Shown in pieces: positions 36,003-45,415 of a stretch of DNA of 64,000 bases. Both the position numbers and the translations under genes were made by a program. Position 1 is the stretch's first letter, and each line of letters opens with the position of its first letter. Where the stretch lies: IMG/VR virus record IMGVR_UViG_3300036790_000468, positions 1-64,000 of that record; one strand, given 5' to 3'. The DNA comes from a virus. Below the pieces are notes generated by a model, which was not told the origin of the DNA, did no database searches, and worked only from the letters and a program-made list of their open reading frames with translations.

Positions 36003-36397
36003 GACGCACCACCAGCGGCGGCAAGGCGCGCGATCCGCTGGTACTTCTCGGGAGTGGTGTGGCCATCCCAGATGGTGGAGTCGTCGCGTTCGACGTGCTC
36101 GAACAGGCTCAGGTCGTTCTCGCCGACGTGCCACGAGCACTGGCCGGTGGGGAGCTCGACGTAGACGACGACCCAGCCGGGCTCGCTGGCGTCGCCGTAG
36201 TTCCAGGTCGACGGGTAGAGCGCGGCGAGCAGCGCGACGAGGTGGGCGCGCTCGCGGTAGGCGCCGTTCGTGGCGTTGATCTGCTGGCCGAGCTCGTCAT
36301 AGGCGGTCTCCCACTCCCCGTACCAGTATTCGATCTGCTGGTCGGGGGTCTTGATGTCGTGGGGTTCGAGGGCGAGTCGGTCGGCGTGGTCGGTCAC
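35999..36397 (-). CDS. WDGH-motif phage protein
   Basis: LPTGQCSWH...WDGHTTPEKYQRI. Confidence 0.7.
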   Translation of the reverse strand: MTDHADRLALEPHDIKTPDQQIEYWYGEWETAYDELGQQINATNGAYRERAHLVALLAALYPSTWNYGDASEPGWVVVYVELPTGQCSWHVGENDLSLFEHVERDDSTIWDGHTTPEKYQRIARLAAAGGAS

Positions 36398-36648
36398 GGC
36401 TGATTCCTGTCGGTGTCGGGGGTGGTTCGCGGGTCGCTGACGAGCCAGTATCCGCGCAGCCCTCGGTGGTTGTTGTGGCTGATCTTCAGGCCGAAGACGA
36501 CCTCGGTGGCGGGATCGTCGGCGCAGGTGACGACGGTGCAGTAGGCGTGCCGGGTGTCCGTGCGCTCGATGCGGATGGTGCGGCCCTTGTTGCCGGTGTG
36601 GGTGTCGGCCCAGATCTGGCCGCGGCGGACGCCGTCGGGGGCGTTCAT
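36394..36648 (-). CDS. Hypothetical protein (SH3-like, GQIWAD motif)
   Basis: VRRGQIWADT...GRTIRI. Confidence 0.55.
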   Translation of the reverse strand: MNAPDGVRRGQIWADTHTGNKGRTIRIERTDTRHAYCTVVTCADDPATEVVFGLKISHNNHRGLRGYWLVSDPRTTPDTDRNQP

Positions 36649-37070
36649 GCCCGGTTCCCGCCGTTGGTGTCGTGCTCGGCCAGCCATGCGCGCGCTTCGG
36701 CGGTGCCGCACTTGCCGGGCTCGCTGCCAGCGGTGAAGTGCGCCTGGCAGTCGCCGCGGTAGAACACGCAGTCGTCGTCCTGGTGGTCGACGAGGCGGCG
36801 CAGGTGCGTGAACGCCTCGACGAGGTCGCCCGGCCGCACCCGGAAGGTGCCGTCTTCGGCGCGCTCGATCCAGTCGCCCGGGTTGGCGGTAGCGGTGCCC
36901 ATGGGGGTCTTGATGAGCATGATGGGGGTCGCGTACATGAGCATGACGGGGGTCGTGTACATCACCTCGTTGGCGAGGGCGTAGGTGTCGCCGCAGGCCT
37001 TCATCCACGCGAGGATCTCGAAATAGTCCTCGACGGTGCTGAACTGCATGGCGCCGGTCTGGCCGGTCAT
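36645..37070 (-). CDS. Hypothetical protein
   Basis: IKTPMG..ANPGDWI motif; RBS AGGAG. Confidence 0.6.
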   Translation of the reverse strand: MTGQTGAMQFSTVEDYFEILAWMKACGDTYALANEVMYTTPVMLMYATPIMLIKTPMGTATANPGDWIERAEDGTFRVRPGDLVEAFTHLRRLVDHQDDDCVFYRGDCQAHFTAGSEPGKCGTAEARAWLAEHDTNGGNRA

Positions 37071-37127
37071 GCGCTGCTCCTGTCGGTGGTCGGTGGTCGG
37101 TGGTCGGTGGTGTCGGTGCGGCCGGGG

Positions 37128-37601
37128 TCAGCCGGCGGCGCGGGCGTTGTCGCGTTCGATGAACGCGGGGTCGTCGAGCCGCCTGAGCCACGCGGCTTTC
37201 GTGCGGACGGCGGTGACAGAGCGGCCGAACTCTGCCGCGGCCCGCTCCCACCGCTCCCGGGTCAGCGGGCCGGCCGTCGCCTCCTTGAGCCGCGCAATCT
37301 CCTCGGGCGTCCAGACGCGGCCCTGCTGCGGGTGGTGCGCGCGCCGCTGCCTCAGCCACTCCGCGAACGTCGGGCGGTCCACGAACCAGGCGTGAGTGCG
37401 GTAGTAGCAGCGCTCGAGCCGGAACACCTCCTCGTCGCCGACGAGGAACACGACCGCGTCCGGCAACTGCGCGACCGTGTCGGCGCGCAGGATCAGCTCG
37501 CCCTCGGTCAGCGCTGGCTGGCTGGTCTGGGCCGTGTCGGTCAGGCGCACGCGCACCCAACTGCGGGTGCCGGCCTCGGCGGCCCGGGGCTTAGGAGCCA
37601 T
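37128..37601 (-). CDS. Protein with Myb/HTH-like C-terminus
   Basis: WTPEEIARL...FGRSVTAVRTKA. Confidence 0.6.
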   Translation of the reverse strand: MAPKPRAAEAGTRSWVRVRLTDTAQTSQPALTEGELILRADTVAQLPDAVVFLVGDEEVFRLERCYYRTHAWFVDRPTFAEWLRQRRAHHPQQGRVWTPEEIARLKEATAGPLTRERWERAAAEFGRSVTAVRTKAAWLRRLDDPAFIERDNARAAG

Positions 37602-38112
37602 CGGTCTCTCCCTCGGGGGTCGGGACCTGCGGGGCGACCCAGGGGCGCCCGGCTGCGGCGAGGCGCACCAGGAGAGCGATGGCGTCGTTCAGCTCGTGCT
37701 GGGTCTCCGCCTCGGGTCGGGTCTCGTCGATGATGCGGGTGACGAACGCCTGCCAGATGCTGAAACGCAGCTCCTCGTCGTCGTTGAGAGTGGCGGTCAG
37801 AAATCGGCTGACGAACGCGGCCGCGGGGTCGGTGTCGATCGGCACCGGCCGGGGCGGCTCCCCGGCGGTGATGATCGGGGTCCAGGTCGCGCCAGGCTTC
37901 GCCTCGTACTGCACGGCGGCGAGCGCGAGGTGCGCGAACACTGCGGTGGCGGCGTAGACCTCCGGTTCGCTCAGCTCGCCCAGGCCGCGGATCGCTGCTG
38001 TGGCGCGGTCCTGATCGCCTTCGGCGGTGGCGTCGACGGCGTCGAGTGCGAGGTCCGCGCCCTTGAACATCTCGGTGATGCGCTCGGGACCTGTTGGGGG
38101 GTCGATATCCAT
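37591..38112 (-). CDS. Hypothetical protein
   Basis: ORF track; protein-like composition. Confidence 0.55.
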   Translation of the reverse strand: MDIDPPTGPERITEMFKGADLALDAVDATAEGDQDRATAAIRGLGELSEPEVYAATAVFAHLALAAVQYEAKPGATWTPIITAGEPPRPVPIDTDPAAAFVSRFLTATLNDDEELRFSIWQAFVTRIIDETRPEAETQHELNDAIALLVRLAAAGRPWVAPQVPTPEGETDGS

Positions 38113-38128
38113 AGAAGGATCCTTGTAA

Positions 38129-38377
38129 CTAGAAAAGGGGTATCGGGGTGAACCAGGCGCAGGCGGGGGTGGCCGGCGGGAGGTTCGGGCCGCCGCGGGG
38201 TGGCTTTGCCGCGGCGCACTTCGTGCGCATGGTGCCGTCCGCGCGGGTGCGGGTCTGCAGGAGGGCGCACTGGCCGCAGTGCGCGTCGGGCAGTATCGGC
38301 GCGAGGGTGGAGGGGTGGGCGCCGGTGGCCAGGACGCGGGTGAGGCGGTGGCCCAGGGGTATCGGGGAGGGGATCAT
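38129..38377 (-). CDS. Small Cys-rich protein
   Basis: CGQC...KC...PACAWF. Confidence 0.55.
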   Translation of the reverse strand: MIPSPIPLGHRLTRVLATGAHPSTLAPILPDAHCGQCALLQTRTRADGTMRTKCAAAKPPRGGPNLPPATPACAWFTPIPLF

Positions 38378-38841
38378 CGGGCAGCCGCCGTTCGCGGGAC
38401 CTGGCGGCGCCGAAGAGTGATCAGGCCGACGTTGAAGCCGATGCGTACCGCGTGGGCCCGCGAGCGCGCGCCGAGTGTTTCGCAGGCCAGGCGCAGGTGT
38501 GTCTTGACCGTCCAGGTGCTCAGGCATAGCCGCTCAGCGACCTGCGCGTTCGTCAGGCCGAGGGGGAGCAGTACCACGACCTGGCGCTGCCGGGGCGGCA
38601 GAGGCGTGCCGAGATCCTGGTGCTCGGCGACGAGCTGGCCGGTCTTGTACGCGTAGCCGACCAGTCCCGCGCGCGTGGCGACGCCGGCCTCGGCGAAGAG
38701 GGTCTTGAGCCGGGCCTTGACGCAGTACTCGGTCATGCCCAGGCGCACCCCGATCTGGTGGCTCGTGAGGCCGTCAGCGATCAAGTCGGTGATCTCAAGG
38801 TCAATGGCTGCGAGGCGCGGACCCGCACTGGTCTGGATCAT
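38374..38841 (-). CDS. Tandem LuxR-type HTH regulator
   Basis: Two LuxR HTHs (GLTSHQIGVRL and GLTNAQVAERLCLSTWTVKTHL). Confidence 0.85.
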   Translation of the reverse strand: MIQTSAGPRLAAIDLEITDLIADGLTSHQIGVRLGMTEYCVKARLKTLFAEAGVATRAGLVGYAYKTGQLVAEHQDLGTPLPPRQRQVVVLLPLGLTNAQVAERLCLSTWTVKTHLRLACETLGARSRAHAVRIGFNVGLITLRRRQVPRTAAAR

Positions 38842-39194
38842 CTGGTCGCGTCCTTCGCGGCAGCACTGTCCTTGATCAGCCTTCTGCGCTGGCGCCAGGT
38901 CAAGCCGCCGAAGATCCCCCACGGGAGCTGCGCGGCCACGGCCTCGCGCAGGCACTCCAGACGTACCGGGCAGCTCTCGCAGATCGCCTTCGCCAGTTCG
39001 GCGTCCGGGTTGAACCTCCGGCGCTGGCTCTTCGCCGGCAGGCTCGCCGCGCGCCGGCCGTCGAACCACATCTCCGGGTCGCGGCCGCGGCAGGCGGCGC
39101 GGGTGACCCAGTGCGCGCTCTCGGAGGGGCGCCGCTCGTTGTCGGCTCGCAGCGCGTTCTTGCCGGGCCGCGCGGGCATGACCGCGGCGGTCAC
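38838..39194 (-). CDS. WhiB-family transcription factor
   Basis: AACRG..PEMWF, CESCPVRLEC and WGIFGG. Confidence 0.92.
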   Translation of the reverse strand: MTAAVMPARPGKNALRADNERRPSESAHWVTRAACRGRDPEMWFDGRRAASLPAKSQRRRFNPDAELAKAICESCPVRLECLREAVAAQLPWGIFGGLTWRQRRRLIKDSAAAKDATR

Positions 39195-39604
39195 TGTTCG
39201 GCTCCAATCCGCTCGCCGCGCATGATCCGGGTGATGCGAGGGATATCCGCGGGGCGCCAGAGCGCGGCCTCGGCGCCGCAGGCCGCGAGGGCGGTGAGCC
39301 ATTCGACCTGGGCGGGCGAGACGGCGCCGGTCTCGGTCTTGAGCTCGGCGTAGATGATGCGGCGCTGGAGCGGGTTGACCAGGACAAGGTCGGGGAATCC
39401 GCGCTCGGAGTTGCGCGAGTCGTGGGTGTGGTAGGTGAACCAGCCAGTGAGCTGGGCGATCTGGCGGACCTGCTCGAGGAACTGGGCCTCGGTCAGGTGC
39501 CCGGCCAGGCGCGCGCGGACCGTGGCCGGGCTGCGTCGGCCGCGCGGCGCCGGCTCCTGCGGGGGCGCCGGCGCCTCGGCGGCCGGCGGGGTGTCTGCCT
39601 GCAT
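39191..39604 (-). CDS. VRR-NUC nuclease
   Basis: YHTHDSRNSERGFPDLVLV...AELK...Q..W. Confidence 0.9.
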   Translation of the reverse strand: MQADTPPAAEAPAPPQEPAPRGRRSPATVRARLAGHLTEAQFLEQVRQIAQLTGWFTYHTHDSRNSERGFPDLVLVNPLQRRIIYAELKTETGAVSPAQVEWLTALAACGAEAALWRPADIPRITRIMRGERIGAEQ

Positions 39605-39605
39605 G

Positions 39606-39884
39606 TCAATGTCCTTCCTGGGTGTGGCGGATGTTCGCCCGGGCGAGCACGGCCCAGTCGGTGGTCTCCGTGGTCGGTGCCGGTCGCTGCTCGGGCGGCA
39701 GCTGCCACTCGTTGGCGACCGGCTCGTCGGTGAAGGTGGGCCGGGTCAGGCTCACCCCGTGGGTCTTGGTGACCGCGGCGAGTTCGAGGGCGACGGCGTG
39801 GCACTTGGAGCGTGGGACGCCGTTGAGCTCGAGCACGCGCTCCCACGCGGCGATGACCTCGGTGCGTATGTCGCGGGTGCTCAC
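39606..39884 (-). CDS. Hypothetical protein
   Basis: GTGA coupling to the upstream gene. Confidence 0.5.
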   Translation of the reverse strand: MSTRDIRTEVIAAWERVLELNGVPRSKCHAVALELAAVTKTHGVSLTRPTFTDEPVANEWQLPPEQRPAPTTETTDWAVLARANIRHTQEGH

Positions 39885-40513
39885 GGGCCGTCCTCGGGTA
39901 TCGGGCGCCAGGCCTCGACGCCGTCGCAGATCACGAGGCTGTCCAGGGCGTCCTCCCAGCCGGGCCCGAACAGCCCGATGCCGGGGGTGCCGCGGTAGGA
40001 CTCGGCGAGCATGCAGTGGCGCTCCTCGGCCCAGCGCATCGGCGTCGGGTTGTCGTAGACGAGTCCGAGGATCTCGGTGCCGTCCTCGGGCGCGGTGCAC
40101 ATCTGGCGCCACGGCCCGGGCTGCAGGGAGTTCCACGCCTTGTGCAGCTGCTGGCGGCACGCGGCGCAGTTGCCCTCGTGCCGGGTGGCCGCGTTGCAGC
40201 ACGGGCACGGGTGGGGTTTGCCGGTCGGGTCGAGCGGGGTGTCCAGGGCGAAGGACTGGCGGCAGCCTTCGCACACGCCCTCGGGCAGCGTGGGGCCGCG
40301 CACCTCGATCGGCGCGTCGGGTACGACCGCGAGCCGGCCACAGCCGGTGCCCGCGAGGGTGCCGGGCCGCGGCGGCTGGCCGCCGAGCAGCAGCAGCACC
40401 GGGAACAGGTGGCGGGTCTCGGGGTCGGCGTCGGCGAAGGGGCTGTAGGGGTTCGGGTCCGCCGGCTCGTCGGCGGCCGGCGCGCCCGGGGCGGTGTCGG
40501 GCTGGGTCTGCAT
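39881..40513 (-). CDS. Cys-rich hypothetical protein with a DUF551-like C-terminus
   Basis: Multiple CxxC; WRQMCTAPEDGTEIL...WRPIP. Confidence 0.6.
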   Translation of the reverse strand: MQTQPDTAPGAPAADEPADPNPYSPFADADPETRHLFPVLLLLGGQPPRPGTLAGTGCGRLAVVPDAPIEVRGPTLPEGVCEGCRQSFALDTPLDPTGKPHPCPCCNAATRHEGNCAACRQQLHKAWNSLQPGPWRQMCTAPEDGTEILGLVYDNPTPMRWAEERHCMLAESYRGTPGIGLFGPGWEDALDSLVICDGVEAWRPIPEDGP

Positions 40514-40552
40514 GGGTGTGCTCCAGATGGCCAGGGTTCGGGGGTGGGGCGG

Positions 40553-41095
40553 CTATGCCGCGGCGGCGGCCGCGACCGGTGCGGCCTCTGGGTCCTGCGG
40601 TGCCGGCAGTAGGCGCAGGCCCTCGGCGAGCGGGAACGAGGGGTAGACCGTGCCGTCGGGCATCGTGATCCGCCACGGCGCCGGGATCGGCTCGTAGGCG
40701 GTCCACTCGCAGCCGCGCACGGCGGGAGCCGGGGCCGGGCCGGTCGCGTCGTCGTTCTGCTCGGTGCCGGTCTCGGGCGTCTCGTCGGGCGCCCCCGGCT
40801 CGTCGTTGGGCTTGACCGCGGCGAGGTACCGGCCGAGGCACTCCTGGCCGACCCGGGAGCGCTTGTCGCGGGGGAACTCGGCCGCGGTGGCCACGTCGCC
40901 GCAGTTCGGGCAGGCGAACGCCCACTGCATCGGGTCGTCGCCGAACCTGCACCAAGCCTCGACGGCGAGCTCGGCCTGGGTCATCTCCCGGACCGCGACC
41001 GGCCGGCGGCGCGTGCCGGATCCCGTGGCCGGGACGGCGGCCGCGGTTTTGGCCGGCTGCTGGCTGCGTTGGCGGATCCTTGCCTTCGAGCTCAT
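40553..41095 (-). CDS. VVA0879-like phage protein
   Basis: WAFACPNCG...QECLGR...GCEWTAY. Confidence 0.7.
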   Translation of the reverse strand: MSSKARIRQRSQQPAKTAAAVPATGSGTRRRPVAVREMTQAELAVEAWCRFGDDPMQWAFACPNCGDVATAAEFPRDKRSRVGQECLGRYLAAVKPNDEPGAPDETPETGTEQNDDATGPAPAPAVRGCEWTAYEPIPAPWRITMPDGTVYPSFPLAEGLRLLPAPQDPEAAPVAAAAAA

Positions 41096-41096
41096 G

Positions 41097-42239
41097 TCAA
41101 ACCTCGGATTCGGTCGGGGAGGGGTGGTGCTCGTTGTCGGCGTCGAAGAGCTCGGCGGCGAGGATGTACTGGGCGGTGACGGTCGCGTGGTAGCCCTGGT
41201 CGACCAGGCGCTGGCAGGCGTCGGCGAGCAGGGCGCGGGCGCGTTCGGGGTCGATGGCGGCGAGGTGTTTGAGGGCGCGGCGGTAGGCGCCCTTGTCGTC
41301 GTAGCCGGCAGGAACCGGGTTCCGCGGGGCGTCGCCCTCGGCCCCGGCGCGCACCTCGGCGAACGGGGCGTGGGGGGAGGGGGCCGGGCGCGCAGCGCGC
41401 CAGGCGTCGGCGAGGGCGGGCAGGTCGCCTCGCTCGGCGACGGTGCGCCACCACTGGCCGCTGCCGGGCCGGCGCGTCTTCATGATCCATTCGACGAGGT
41501 CTCTCTCCTCGTCGGGGGCGACCACGCGCGCACTACGGATGAGCTGGATAGGAAGAGAGAGATTTTGAGATTGAGGGGATTGAGGAGAGGGGGTCCCGTA
41601 AACCGGGACCCTGAAACCGGTAAACCGGGACCCTGAAACCGGTAAACCGGGACCCTGAACCTCGGGTCCGGATCGTTCAGGGTCCTGTAAACCGGGACCC
41701 TGAATCCCGTTCAGGGTCCTAGCTTCCGGGACCCTGAACGCGTGTTCAGGGTCCTTGCTTTCGGGACCCTGAACCTCGGGTCCGGACCCTTCAGGGTCCT
41801 GTAAACCGGGACCCTGAGGAGCCGGGTTCAGGGTCCCGGTTTCCGGGACCCTGAGGGCCACGGGCGCCATCGGCATGATCACGTAGTGCGCCTGCTGGCC
41901 CTTCTGCCCGCGCACCGTCACCTTGATCGCGCCCTTGGCGACGAGCGACTTGATCGTCTCGTAGAACTGCGAGCGCGAGCAGCGCACCCGCGCGCGAAAG
42001 CGCACCGAGCGCTCGGAATCGCCCTCGTACCCGTGCCAGCCCTCGCGCGTGCCGTCGTTGGCGTTCTCCGCCAGCAGCGCCAGCACGTACCGCTCACGCC
42101 ACGTCAGCGACGCCGGGGCGTAGTCCGCCACCTCGTTGAAGAGCTTGATGCCCACAGCGCTACCGCTTCCCAGGCCGCCAGCGGCGCGCATCGCGCACGT
42201 GCAGCTCCTCATGGCTCGAGTCATCGGAAACCCCCTCAC
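41097..42239 (-). CDS. Replication initiator (N-terminal wHTH) containing the origin
   Basis: ERYVLALLAENAND...wHTH; internal iterons. The start may be near 42155. Confidence 0.75.
   Translation of the reverse strand: MRGFPMTRAMRSCTCAMRAAGGLGSGSAVGIKLFNEVADYAPASLTWRERYVLALLAENANDGTREGWHGYEGDSERSVRFRARVRCSRSQFYETIKSLVAKGAIKVTVRGQKGQQAHYVIMPMAPVALRVPETGTLNPAPQGPGLQDPEGSGPEVQGPESKDPEHAFRVPEARTLNGIQGPGLQDPERSGPEVQGPGLPVSGSRFTGFRVPVYGTPSPQSPQSQNLSLPIQLIRSARVVAPDEERDLVEWIMKTRRPGSGQWWRTVAERGDLPALADAWRAARPAPSPHAPFAEVRAGAEGDAPRNPVPAGYDDKGAYRRALKHLAAIDPERARALLADACQRLVDQGYHATVTAQYILAAELFDADNEHHPSPTESEV
41551..41856. repeat. Iteron array (8 direct GGACCCTGA + 5 inverted TCAGGGTCC) next to a purine/AT-rich strip; putative origin
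   Basis: Counted in the sequence; lambda O-like placement inside the initiator gene. Confidence 0.8.
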
Positions 42240-42496
42240 TCACGCCGCGACGGGCCCGGGCGGCCCACGGCGGCCCCGACCGCCGCTCGCGAGCGGCGTG
42301 CAGGAAGAGCGGGCCGGGCGGCCAGAGCCGCGCGCAGGCGGTCGTTCTCGGCCACCAGCGCCTCCCACCGCTCGCGCAGCTCGTCCGCCACGGGGGTGGG
42401 CAGTTCCGGGTCCAGGCCGGGATGTCGGGCCGGGGCCTGCGCGGGCGCGACCACGCCCGGTTCGCTGCGCCGGCCGCGGAACGTCAACCACCTCAT
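42236..42496 (-). CDS. Hypothetical protein
   Basis: Operon position; short coiled coil. Confidence 0.45.
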   Translation of the reverse strand: MRWLTFRGRRSEPGVVAPAQAPARHPGLDPELPTPVADELRERWEALVAENDRLRAALAARPALPARRSRAAVGAAVGRPGPSRRE

Positions 42497-42500
42497 TCAG

Positions 42501-42992
42501 TCAGTCCTTTCCGTCCTCGTCGGTGAACTCGCCGTCGCGGGGGTCGAGCCCCAGCGCGTCGAGCAGGTCCCACAGGTCCTGCGCGTCGCGGGCGACCTGC
42601 CGGTTCAACTTGCGGATCAGCTTCTGGCGCGTGACAAGCTCCGTGCGCGGGAGGTGGAACCGGGCGCAGTTCACGCCCTCGACCGGCGGATCGCGCTCTT
42701 CCTTCGGCGCCGGCTTCGGCTTGGCCTTCCGCTTCGGCTTCGCAGTGCTCTTCTTCGCCGCCTTGCGCGGCTTGGCGGTGCGCGCTTCCATCACCGCCCG
42801 CGCCTCGGCCGGATCGCCCAGTTCGAGCAGCAGCTCCCGGTAGCGCCGGTCGCGGCCGCGTTCGGAGTGGTAGGCGTTGTTCGCCTTGTTGCACGCCTCG
42901 CACGGGTCCTCGCCGTCGTCCAGGTGCCGCTGGTAGCGCGAGCGTGTGCCGTGGCGGGCCTGGGAAGGGCGCGCGGTCCTGCTGGCGGGCAT
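42501..42992 (-). CDS. Hypothetical protein (HGT..Y..H..GE.PC..C motif)
   Basis: Actinophage Zn-binding-like motif; RBS present. Confidence 0.6.
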   Translation of the reverse strand: MPASRTARPSQARHGTRSRYQRHLDDGEDPCEACNKANNAYHSERGRDRRYRELLLELGDPAEARAVMEARTAKPRKAAKKSTAKPKRKAKPKPAPKEERDPPVEGVNCARFHLPRTELVTRQKLIRKLNRQVARDAQDLWDLLDALGLDPRDGEFTDEDGKD

Positions 42993-43227
42993 CTCGCCGC
43001 TCCCTTCAGGTCAACTCGGTGGAACGGCCGTCGCGCCGGTGTGCGGTCCCGGCGCGACGACCGGCCTGGCACCCCCCGTGCGTGTCGCCGGAGGGCAGTT
43101 CGTGTGTGTCAGGACCCGTCATCCCGGGCTCGCCGACGGACCGGGCGGATCCAGCACCACCCGAGCAGGGCGCCAGCCCCGGCCAGCAGGCACAGCGGGC
43201 CCCAGGCCGAGCCCCAGTCCGCGCGGA

Positions 43228-44034
43228 TCACCGGGTGCCGCCCCGCTCGTGGGCGCCGACGGCGCGCACGGTGAACGGCGCGGCGGTCTCGGCGAGGCCG
43301 AGCACGTCGTTGGAGCCTGCTGAGATCTCGAAGGGGGCCGCGCCGAGCACCCACAACAGCGTGGGGAACTGGCGGTCCGGCTGCCCCGGCCGCTGCTGGA
43401 TCCTGGCGCCCACCTGGTAGGCGTCGCCCTCGTCGCCGCTCAGAATGGTGCCGATGGGAAGCCGACGCAGCCACACTCCGAGCGCGGCAGCGTCGACCGG
43501 CGAGCACTCGCCGATCCACGGCGCGGGTCTGCGCGCGGGCCGGGCATCGAGGGGCAGCTCGTCCCAGTCCAGCAACGCGGCGAACCTTGCGGCGTCCACC
43601 TCCTGGACGACCAAGGTGGCGCACCACTCCTCGTACCAGTCCTCGTCACCTGCGGCGCGCAGCACGGCCTCGGCCGGGGTGGTCAGGTCGGGGCCGGAGA
43701 CCTGCGCGCGCAGGTCGTGTTCCGCGGTCCAGATCGCCCAAAAGCGGCGCGGCGCCCCCAACTCCTCGTCCTCGTCCTCGGTCTCGGGCGGGATGGGCGC
43801 GGTGACGGAGACAGCCTCTTCCCACACGGCGAAGTCCTCCTCGGACATGTGCTCGGCGTTGAGCGCGGTGGCGCCAGCGAGCGCGAGCACGGCATGGGTC
43901 AGGCCCGCGAGCAGGTCGGGCATCGCGTAGCCATTGCGTTCCTGCAGGCTGTAGTGCCCGTCGCGGTCCATCCAGTACTGGCCGCGCTCGACCAGGCGCG
44001 CGGCCTCGTGGTAGTGGTCGATCGATGTATCCAT
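43228..44034 (-). CDS. Hypothetical protein
   Basis: RBS GGAG; protein-like composition. Confidence 0.6.
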   Translation of the reverse strand: MDTSIDHYHEAARLVERGQYWMDRDGHYSLQERNGYAMPDLLAGLTHAVLALAGATALNAEHMSEEDFAVWEEAVSVTAPIPPETEDEDEELGAPRRFWAIWTAEHDLRAQVSGPDLTTPAEAVLRAAGDEDWYEEWCATLVVQEVDAARFAALLDWDELPLDARPARRPAPWIGECSPVDAAALGVWLRRLPIGTILSGDEGDAYQVGARIQQRPGQPDRQFPTLLWVLGAAPFEISAGSNDVLGLAETAAPFTVRAVGAHERGGTR

Positions 44035-44135
44035 GGGAGACTCCAGCTGTTGTTTAGCGCCGACCGGCCCGGATCAACCGCGAGCCGGTCGGCAGTCCTG
44101 AGAGGCAGCCCTAGTCGGCTGCCAGGTCACGCTGT

Positions 44136-44336
44136 TCAGGCCGGAACGCGCCACGGGTCGAGGACTCTCGGCGCGGCGCCGAGCGCCGACATCGGCGTCC
44201 GCGGCAGCCACGCGGGGTCACACGGCGCCGGAGGCGGCTCGTCCTGGGCAAATCGGCGCAGCAGTGCGTTCGCCGCGAGCGCCGCGGCTATGCCGGCCGC
44301 GAAGCACGGCCCGAGCCACACGCTCAACCCGCTCAC
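44136..44336 (-). CDS. Small membrane protein
   Basis: N-terminal TM; coupled. Confidence 0.5.
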   Translation of the reverse strand: MSGLSVWLGPCFAAGIAAALAANALLRRFAQDEPPPAPCDPAWLPRTPMSALGAAPRVLDPWRVPA

Positions 44337-45415
44337 GTGACGCCCTCCGGACCCTCAGCAGCACTGAGCCGCTTCGCCTTCCAGCTCTGGCGGAAGGCGT
44401 GGCCGATCTCGAGCCGGCGCGGGGAACTCGGAGCCGCGCAGTCGTCGTAGGCTTCGGGCCAGCGCTCGGCCAGCCGGTCCGGGTCGATATAGACGCGCTC
44501 CACCGGGCGGTAGGTGTAGGCGGCGTGCTCGCCCACCACCGCGGTGTCCGCGTCGCCCAGGGCGCCGATCATCGTGGCCCGGGCGCGCTTTTTGCGCTCC
44601 TCGGCAGCGCTCTCCTCGAGTCCCGCCTCCATGTACTCCTGGAGCGCTGCGCGGACCGCGGCATGGGCGCCGAGGACGGCGACGCCGTGGCGCACGGGGT
44701 GCAAGGCGTCGTAGAGCCCGGCGAGAGCGGCGGGGTTGCCGGCCGGGTCGGGGGGTCGGCGAGCGACGACGTTCTCGTGCCAGAACCGGTCGGCCTCCGC
44801 GGTGATCTCCCCGATCAGCTGCTGGTGTTCGCGGGTGAACACGGTGAACTGCCGGTAGTCGCTGCCGCCGATCAGCACCGCGCCGTGGATGTGGTCGTAG
44901 CCGGTGACCAAGGCCTGCCAGAGCATCTGGATCAGGACGTCATCAGGGATGCGGCGCTGCCAGCGCTCGCTGGTGTACGCCGAGCGCACCTTGACCTTCA
45001 AGGCGCAGGCGGTATGCTGCTCGCCGCCCAGCGGGCACTGGCCCACCCGGCGATCGAGCGTGCACATCCGCCACGGGGCCTCTCCCTGGGAGATCAGGCC
45101 GACCCGGCGGATCGTTGTTCCGTTGCGCTGCGCCCAGACCCGGGCGACGCTCGCCGCGTGGGTGCGGCTCCAGAAGGCGTCCTGGTCCGCAGTGGGATCA
45201 GGGGGAAGCTCGCCGATCTTCTCGTGGTAGACGTGGGAGGAGGTGCCACCGCGCTCGTAGTCGTAGATGCCGAACAGCGCCGGCAGATCCGAGGAGCAGG
45301 TCCCGAGTCGGCGCGCGGCGAGCCACGCCGGCTTCGGCGCCGTGGCCGGCAGTACCAAGCGCCCGGCCGGGGTGACCCGGCGCCCGGCCACGGGGCGGGA
45401 ATCGAGGGCCGTCAT
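44333..45415 (-). CDS. YqaJ/RecE-like viral exonuclease homologue, catalytic residues altered
   Basis: WLAARRLGTCSSD, VYHEK, TLDR and QMLWQALVTG motifs; the ExK motif appears as LKVK. Confidence 0.85.
   Translation of the reverse strand: MTALDSRPVAGRRVTPAGRLVLPATAPKPAWLAARRLGTCSSDLPALFGIYDYERGGTSSHVYHEKIGELPPDPTADQDAFWSRTHAASVARVWAQRNGTTIRRVGLISQGEAPWRMCTLDRRVGQCPLGGEQHTACALKVKVRSAYTSERWQRRIPDDVLIQMLWQALVTGYDHIHGAVLIGGSDYRQFTVFTREHQQLIGEITAEADRFWHENVVARRPPDPAGNPAALAGLYDALHPVRHGVAVLGAHAAVRAALQEYMEAGLEESAAEERKKRARATMIGALGDADTAVVGEHAAYTYRPVERVYIDPDRLAERWPEAYDDCAAPSSPRRLEIGHAFRQSWKAKRLSAAEGPEGVT

Noticed and set aside
41734-41749. CTGAAC-GCGT-GTTCAG as a seventh LexA box
   Set aside because: It lacks the CG flanks, is intragenic, and is explained by two inverted iterons.
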